Of a stretch of 32,000 nt of DNA, positions 26,051-32,000 are shown piece by piece. The stretch comes from Propionibacteriaceae bacterium (GTDB lineage: Bacteria > Actinomycetota > Actinomycetes > Propionibacteriales > Propionibacteriaceae). A program made the position numbers and the translations under genes. The stretch is taken from assembly GCA_031256725.1 (NCBI GenBank), contig JAIRQE010000004.1, forward strand, positions 118,343 to 150,342. The letters are read 5' to 3'. Below the pieces are notes generated by a model that worked only from the letters and a program-made list of their open reading frames with translations, searched no databases and was not told the DNA's origin. The stretch's first letter is position 1; every line of letters begins with the position of its first letter.

Positions 26051-29000
26051 GGACATATCGCATCCACCCACTCATCGATTGAGTCCACATCAAGATCCAC
26101 ATCAACAAACTGACCTGTTGCCGCAAAGAAAAAACCTGCAGCAACTTTATGGGTATCGATATTCTTCATGGCTGCCCATGCTCGCGCGTAGACAGCTAAT
26201 TGCTGGGGATCAGCGTGACCAAATCCAGTTTTCCAATCGACAATGAGTACTGCCTTACCTGGGGGCACCAATTCAGGATTTTCCTGTGCTGCGAAAACCG
26301 CATCGATTCGACCAGTGATGGCATGTCCAGCGATTGTCGTCACGAATTCCTCCTCGACTCTCATGGGGCGACCCAAGGAGAAAGGACTTGTCAGAAAATG
26401 AGTACACAAAGTAGTAATGTCACCTGGTATTGATTCTTGAACGACAAGAGGTGAGCTCGAATAGTACTGCTCCACCCATTGATGAAATAGTGTTCCTCGG
26501 CGGGCTGCCTGCGAGGGTGGTCGGGGCATGGGTCGGGTCAAGGCTTGTACAAAAGCCTCAGAATCTTCGCGTAAACGGACCAGTTGAGAAGCGGATAGCG
26601 GCGCTGGAAGAGGAACATCAATGACTCGATCCTGGGAAACCTCTGAGTCTAGGATAAGGATCATCTCGTCCCAGGATTCAATCTGTGTGACCACCTCTCG
26701 TGGCAGATCTCCAGATTCCCAGGTCACAATCGAGTCCATAGCTCGACGAACCGCATCACGAGCATCACTGAGAATCAAATTTCCTTCTTCAGGCCATGCC
26801 ACCGCTTCTCGTCGATGGGGTCGGGGGGTCCGACCCTCATCGCTACTTGGATCCACGCGATGTACCTTGGAAGACCCCACCTCACAGGCTTGTTCAAAAT
26901 AGTGCGAAGGCGTTCTCTGGGAGAGGGCTTCAGATCTCCAAAGGTGTGATGTCATGACCAGTGTGGATTTCGCCCTTGTCACTGCCACATAGGCCAGACG
27001 GTCTTCACCCATCCTCAGAGCCTGTTTGAGGTCATCACCATGAGTTATCAGTCCTGCATTGGTGATCTGGGAGATCTGAGGCATGGCTGGCCAGTCGGAT
27101 CTTAATGCCGTTGAAAGGGCACATGCAGAACGAATGGGATTATCCGTCAGCCTCTCCCCGGGAAAGACTCCTTGGGTGAGGCAGGGCAGATAGACAGTCT
27201 CCCATTCCAAACCTTTGGCATGATGAATCGTCATAATCTTCACCGCATCATGCTGAGATGATCCAGCTTTGGCAAACCCGTGGGAATACTCCTCCTCCGC
27301 CCGAATATACCCAAGAAGAGAGGCTAAAGAAGCCCCAGGATGTACCTGTGAAAAACTAGCAACGATGTCAAGGAATCCATCTAGATGAGCATGAGTACCA
27401 TGGGCACAGATCTCAGTATCCAGCCCAATTTGAGCCACGATACGTCGTACCTGATCCAAGACAGTTCCATAACTACTCTTGAGGGACTCAATATCATGCA
27501 CCAAGAGTTCAAAACTATGCAAGGCATGTTCGCTGAATCCGGTTTGACCTGGATTAGCAACGGCATCGAATAGACGCTCTTCGTAGGGGGATTCCTGGGC
27601 CTGCTGCTTAGCCAGATCCCTTGCACGACGACCCAAGGATTCAAGATCTGCAGTACTCAAGCGGAAACGAGGACCAGCAAGGATCTCAACCACTTCAGGA
27701 TTAGCACGAATATCCGTGAGAAGAGTCATCATGGCCATCACCTGAGAAATGGACTCCACCAAGATCAGACCACCAAGATCTTGAACCTCCACCGGTATCT
27801 GATGGCGACCACAGGCTTCCACCAGTGCGCCCACTTCCCGATGGCGCCTCACCAGAATTGCTATATGACTCCATTGCTCAATCTGACCTGATTCACCAGA
27901 ACCTGCGATAGATTCGGCAATCCACTCGGCTTCCTCATCCCAGGTATAGAACTGCCTGATAGTCACCTGCGCATCACTGGTGTCAACACTGGGTTGCAAC
28001 TCAACAGTGGTCCTACCCCCCAAGAGAGGATCAGCTCTTACACCTGCCGAGATGTGGTTGGCCACATCAAGGATCTGAGGCCCACTCCTACGGTTAATCG
28101 ACAATGTGGTTATGATGGGTTGCGCGCACGGGAATGACTCATGGAAGGAGAAGATGTTATCCACCGCCGCTCCCCTCCACGTGTAAATCGCCTGTAAAGG
28201 ATCTCCCACTGCCGTAATCGGATATCCCTCAATTCCTGCCTCGTGACCAAAGATTGCGGATAGTAATCGAGCCTGAGCTGGGGATGTGTCTTGATACTCA
28301 TCAACAACTACTAACCCAAACCTTTCCCGCAGATCCTCCCCCACTATGGGAAGAGTACCCGCCAACTTCACAGCTAAGGCCATTTGGTCACCAAATTCCA
28401 GGACTCCTTGTTTCACCTTGAGTTCTCGATATTCCTGGCACAACCTCAGAAGAGCCAGGCGTTCCTCGGCAATCGTCTGCGCCTCACGGATACTTACATA
28501 GACATTTCCATGGCGATTTCTTGGAGCCGAATCAAGGCCCTCCATGAACCTCAGTGTGTACTGAAGAATTTGGTCATCATCGACTAAATGGGATTGAATC
28601 CTTGACTCCAATCGAGGAATGTTTGTGACCACGGAATCCCATGATTTATTGGCTAAAGTTCCTGGCGGTTCTTGGATACAACGAAGAACTTCATCAGCAA
28701 GAAGATATTGCTCCCCACCAGTAATGATCCGAGAATCACGACTCCTACCCATCCAGAATCCAAACTGAGACACCACTGTTGACGCGAAGGCATCATAGGT
28801 GGAAATGGTGGGTACCCCGAACTGGGAGTCATCATCGTCTTTGAGAAGATCCAATGCACTAGTGATTCTCATTGCCAACTCTGCAGCAGCCTTTCGGGTG
28901 AAGGTAAGACCCAACACCCGTTCGGGGGTGATGGCTCCTGTCCCCACGAGCCAGACCACTCTGGCTGCCATCACAGTTGTTTTCCCGGTACCTGCCCCAG

Positions 29001-29109
29001 CAATGATCACGCTGGGTGCCATAGGCGAGGTGATTGCCTCAGCCTGTTCCTCAGAGAAAGGAATCTTCATCAATTCACTCAACTGTTGAATATGAGTTAA
29101 CGTCTTCAT
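26047..29109 (-). CDS. adnB: AdnB-type helicase-nuclease (UvrD-like motor plus C-terminal RecB-family nuclease)
   Basis: Motifs present are AGAGTGKTT (I), VVDEYQDTS (II), GDPLQAIYTWRGA (III), MTIHHAKGLEWETV (V) and EDRLAYVAVTRAKSTL (VI). The C-terminal nuclease motif is GRIDAVF...LIVDWKTG. There is an ATGA overlap with the upstream adnA-like gene. Gene order matches mycobacterial adnA-adnB. Confidence 0.8.
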   Translation of the reverse strand: MKTLTHIQQLSELMKIPFSEEQAEAITSPMAPSVIIAGAGTGKTTVMAARVVWLVGTGAITPERVLGLTFTRKAAAELAMRITSALDLLKDDDDSQFGVPTISTYDAFASTVVSQFGFWMGRSRDSRIITGGEQYLLADEVLRCIQEPPGTLANKSWDSVVTNIPRLESRIQSHLVDDDQILQYTLRFMEGLDSAPRNRHGNVYVSIREAQTIAEERLALLRLCQEYRELKVKQGVLEFGDQMALAVKLAGTLPIVGEDLRERFGLVVVDEYQDTSPAQARLLSAIFGHEAGIEGYPITAVGDPLQAIYTWRGAAVDNIFSFHESFPCAQPIITTLSINRRSGPQILDVANHISAGVRADPLLGGRTTVELQPSVDTSDAQVTIRQFYTWDEEAEWIAESIAGSGESGQIEQWSHIAILVRRHREVGALVEACGRHQIPVEVQDLGGLILVESISQVMAMMTLLTDIRANPEVVEILAGPRFRLSTADLESLGRRARDLAKQQAQESPYEERLFDAVANPGQTGFSEHALHSFELLVHDIESLKSSYGTVLDQVRRIVAQIGLDTEICAHGTHAHLDGFLDIVASFSQVHPGASLASLLGYIRAEEEYSHGFAKAGSSQHDAVKIMTIHHAKGLEWETVYLPCLTQGVFPGERLTDNPIRSACALSTALRSDWPAMPQISQITNAGLITHGDDLKQALRMGEDRLAYVAVTRAKSTLVMTSHLWRSEALSQRTPSHYFEQACEVGSSKVHRVDPSSDEGRTPRPHRREAVAWPEEGNLILSDARDAVRRAMDSIVTWESGDLPREVVTQIESWDEMILILDSEVSQDRVIDVPLPAPLSASQLVRLREDSEAFVQALTRPMPRPPSQAARRGTLFHQWVEQYYSSSPLVVQESIPGDITTLCTHFLTSPFSLGRPMRVEEEFVTTIAGHAITGRIDAVFAAQENPELVPPGKAVLIVDWKTGFGHADPQQLAVYARAWAAMKNIDTHKVAAGFFFAATGQFVDVDLDVDSIDEWVDAICP

Positions 29110-32000
29110 GAGTTCTCACTTTGAGTCATAACTGGGCAACCAGAAGTGAAGGGGCAGTACCGACATCCGTCACCACCTAATCCTGGGAACCTCCCTACTC
29201 GAATAACCTCTGCAGCTTGGGCAATGCGATGCTCAGCCCAGGATCCATAATCTGATCCAGAGCATTGAGACAAATGGGCTTCCACCACAGGCAGCAGGGG
29301 TTCCACGTCAAGGGTTGGCCTATCCATGATGGACCTTTGGGGAAGGACCTTCGGGAATCCAGGATTCCTGGTTTCACTGGCTCGTAAGTACACCAATTCT
29401 GCTCCACCAATGGGCTCCCCTGGTTTGATGAGCCCCGGAATCCCGGCCTTAGATAACCCCACCTGGTAGACCCCAAGTTGGATATTCGCCAAAGCTTGAT
29501 TCCTTGTGGGAGGGTACTTCCCAGTCTTAAAGTCGATAATCCTCAGTTTTCCCTCCTCATCGCGTTCCACACGATCAATCCGACCATGGATCTCAACTGG
29601 CCCACCACAATTCATGCGGAAAGACAGGAAGACCTCTGTGGCAAGGACCTCTCGAGTGGAGGCTCGCCTCCATGCGTCATAACGTTCAAGAGCCTCCCTC
29701 GCAGCCTGGGATTCTGTGGTCAATACCCAGTCGGCAGGATACTCACTCTCACTCAACCGAGAATCCACAATGTCCATCATCTGATCCAGACTCAAGGACC
29801 CATCTTGCACAGCCTCATGGATTACTTGACCAAAGGAGGTTTGCTGGGGAAAAGGCCGGTGAGCACGAGCACGTTGACCTAAGTACCACTGCCGAGGGCA
29901 GATAAAAAGAGTGTCCAACTGACTTGCCGATAGACGTACAGCCCCAATATCCAATGATTCCACATTGAGGGAATCCTGTGGCCCAAGTCCCCACCAGGTT
30001 GAAGGATCGGCTCCACGAAAATGAGGATTCTTCGCCAGCCTTGCCAACCGATCACAAGCTGCCTGTCTGAGCCCAGGGTGGGCTGTCTCATCACCAACGA
30101 CTTGTCTGAGTGTGCCCACCAATTCTTGGGGCGAAAGGATCTCCTGGTCATAGGCCCCATCAGAAACTCTGGTTTCAGCATGGATCTGATCAAAGAAAGC
30201 TGAGGGTCTCATCTCATCCCCATTCACAGCCGTCAAGACCAGTGTCTGGTGAGAACTTGTACAGGCTGTGTGTAAAAGCCTCATTTCTGACACAAGGATC
30301 TCATCGTGACGAGGCACCATATCCGATAATTCCTCAACATCAAGGATCCGAGAACTCAAAGAGCTCAAGGGCCAAACCCCCTCCTGAACCCCAGCCACGG
30401 CAACCATAGACCATGATCTCCCCTTGGCACGATGGGCGGTTGTCAGGCGTACTGCTGGGGAGACCCATGAGGTTGACCGTGGAAGATTCTCTGGAATCTC
30501 TTGGGAGGTAACCGCCGCACATAAGGCATTAATCCCCTTGTCAGTTGGAAGATCACTGAAAGTAGAGGCCAGCGAAAACAAGGCCACCACGGCATCAAGA
30601 CTGCGATTCGCTCGTAGAGCTTCACTCTCAGACCCACGTGCAAGGCATTGAAGTTCTTCTGGCCATGTCGATTCATTCCACAGTGCCCAGAGCACCTCCT
30701 CAACTGACCCACCCTTTGCGGCAGATCCAGCTTCCAGTGACCCCAGACCCATAGGCGAGGATTCAAGTAGACGAACATCCTCCTCAGCCCATTCAGGTGT
30801 ATCCCGGACAACGCGAAGTCCCGCCAGGAGTACTCCCACAGCTGGCTCTCGATTTAACTGGATCTCATCCTCAGCAACCTGAACGGGTATCCCAGCCTTT
30901 TCGCAGGCAAGAATAAAGGGAGCAAACCCAGCCCGTTTACGAACCAAGATGGCCATCTCGTCATAAGGAACCCCGTCAACCATATGAGCTTTGCGCATCA
31001 TTCGCGCGATGTAGTGAGCTTCGGCTCTTGTATCAGGGAAGACAACCTTGACCACCTCTCCTTGTCGATCGGCGGTCGTGTTTCTGTACCTTGTCACAAC
31101 ACTCAGATCAATGCCCGAAGGAATGAGGATCCGCCTCCTCAGCCCAGAACAGGCATCCTCAATGCGCTCCGCAACACCAAATCCCTGATTCAAACTCAGT
31201 ACTTGACTAGCAACTCCGCGAGACTCCCATTCGCCCATGACCTCAACTGCAGAACGACTCCTTGCCCCTCTGAAGCCGAATACCTGAGAATCAGGATCAT
31301 AGCCAAGGATCACAGGAGTACTGCGGTCAACAAGGCAAGACACAATCTCCAACTGTGGAGAATCCATGTCCTCAATCCCATCAACCACAATCAAAGATCC
31401 TGGGGAACGAACCTTGTTCAACGCCACAGGATCCTTCAACAACTGTACCGCTTCAATCAACAATTCTGGATAATCGACGACACCAGCCAACCCCAGTATG
31501 TCAAGATACTCGGCATAGAATCTTCCCAGGCTCACCCACTCATCGCGATCTTGGTTAAGACCGCGTTCAATAACATCCTCAGGGGTTAATCCACCTCGTT
31601 GACAAGCAGCAATAGCTTCACGAACAGTTTCAGAAAATTCTTGAGTACCCAGCGCTTGATAGAACCTATCTGGCCATGCTACTTCTGGCTGCCCATCAAG
31701 AAGGTCGCGAATGTAACCATCTTGTCGCCCGGCAGGAAGCAGACCCACCTGACGGCCCGCCTTCACCAAAACAGACATGCAGAGGGTATAGATGGTGGTC
31801 ACCTGCAACTGAGAACTGAAATCTGCGTGATGAGTCCCCACCCAAGATCGAAGAGCCATGCGCTCTCTGCGCGAACCAGTAATGAACAGAACCTGAGGAA
31901 CCCCATCACTTATGTTAGTCAATGATGCCTTCACAAGGGCAGTTGTCTTCCCCGTTCGAGGCCCACCAAGAACAAGCAGCCCTCCGCTCCTATGAGCAGC
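29106..32000 (-). CDS. adnA: AdnA-type helicase-nuclease subunit. The 5' end lies beyond the window.
   Basis: The frame stays open upstream of the ORF-track GTG at 31934. Positions 32000-31935 read AAHRSGGLLVLGGPRTGKTTAL, which is a Walker A motif. Helicase motifs III (GYDPDSQVFGFRGA) and V (TTAHRAKGRSW) are present. The C-terminal nuclease motif is GRIDRV...IIDFKTGK. A Cys set (FICPRQ ... CRYCPFTSGC) is typical of AddB/AdnA-type Fe-S nuclease domains. Confidence 0.78.
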   Translation of the reverse strand, partial: AAHRSGGLLVLGGPRTGKTTALVKASLTNISDGVPQVLFITGSRRERMALRSWVGTHHADFSSQLQVTTIYTLCMSVLVKAGRQVGLLPAGRQDGYIRDLLDGQPEVAWPDRFYQALGTQEFSETVREAIAACQRGGLTPEDVIERGLNQDRDEWVSLGRFYAEYLDILGLAGVVDYPELLIEAVQLLKDPVALNKVRSPGSLIVVDGIEDMDSPQLEIVSCLVDRSTPVILGYDPDSQVFGFRGARSRSAVEVMGEWESRGVASQVLSLNQGFGVAERIEDACSGLRRRILIPSGIDLSVVTRYRNTTADRQGEVVKVVFPDTRAEAHYIARMMRKAHMVDGVPYDEMAILVRKRAGFAPFILACEKAGIPVQVAEDEIQLNREPAVGVLLAGLRVVRDTPEWAEEDVRLLESSPMGLGSLEAGSAAKGGSVEEVLWALWNESTWPEELQCLARGSESEALRANRSLDAVVALFSLASTFSDLPTDKGINALCAAVTSQEIPENLPRSTSWVSPAVRLTTAHRAKGRSWSMVAVAGVQEGVWPLSSLSSRILDVEELSDMVPRHDEILVSEMRLLHTACTSSHQTLVLTAVNGDEMRPSAFFDQIHAETRVSDGAYDQEILSPQELVGTLRQVVGDETAHPGLRQAACDRLARLAKNPHFRGADPSTWWGLGPQDSLNVESLDIGAVRLSASQLDTLFICPRQWYLGQRARAHRPFPQQTSFGQVIHEAVQDGSLSLDQMMDIVDSRLSESEYPADWVLTTESQAAREALERYDAWRRASTREVLATEVFLSFRMNCGGPVEIHGRIDRVERDEEGKLRIIDFKTGKYPPTRNQALANIQLGVYQVGLSKAGIPGLIKPGEPIGGAELVYLRASETRNPGFPKVLPQRSIMDRPTLDVEPLLPVVEAHLSQCSGSDYGSWAEHRIAQAAEVIRVGRFPGLGGDGCRYCPFTSGCPVMTQSENS

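Noticed and set aside
30984-31589. 201-aa plus-strand ORF inside the adnA-like gene
   Set aside because: It is antisense to a frame carrying helicase motifs. Its composition is His/Arg/Asn/Gln-rich with no recognisable motif.

Overview
This is a chromosomal core region of an actinobacterium (Actinomycetota), about half G+C by eye. The species cannot be assigned without a database search. I call 20 tightly packed protein-coding genes. I found no rRNA, tRNA, CRISPR array, transposase, integrase or recognisable defence cassette.

The gene order is a compacted version of neighbourhoods known from Mycobacterium, Streptomyces and Corynebacterium:
- alaS (partial) and rarA
- a ParE/GyrB-type topoisomerase subunit
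- a 238-aa unknown gene coupled to the principal sigma factor (sigA/hrdB type)
- a divergent group-2 sigma (sigB type)
- a tandem USP protein, a YbjN-like protein and a 193-aa unknown
- nrdR-nrdJ (the arrangement described in Streptomyces)
- a small SOS-box-preceded membrane protein at the divS/chiZ position, then lexA

lexA abuts a run of DNA-end-processing genes: a motor-only UvrD2-like helicase, a recC-recB-recD operon on the opposite strand, nudC, adnB and adnA. adnA runs off the window end, with its Walker A motif in the last 66 nt.

Regulatory sites readable from the sequence:
- two good and one weaker actinobacterial SOS box
- tandem NrdR boxes
- a GGAAT-N18-GTT (SigR/SigH-type) promoter in front of the group-2 sigma gene
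- two sigma-A-type promoters for the principal sigma gene
- several hairpins

Several ORF-track starts (rpoD, usp, nrdR, lexA, nudC) look too long and are re-called from Shine-Dalgarno, operator and family-N-terminus evidence.

I did not find a convincing self-contained novel multi-gene system. The observations most worth follow-up are:
- an unexplained motif, GGCGTGTCG, with four exact copies in the nrdR/lexA intergenic DNA (three phased at 31-32 bp) and an 8-mer copy upstream of the topoisomerase gene
- the consolidation of UvrD2-like, RecBCD, NudC and AdnAB into one locus
- an AdnA-like subunit with substitutions at key helicase motif II and VI residues
- the small SOS-controlled membrane protein
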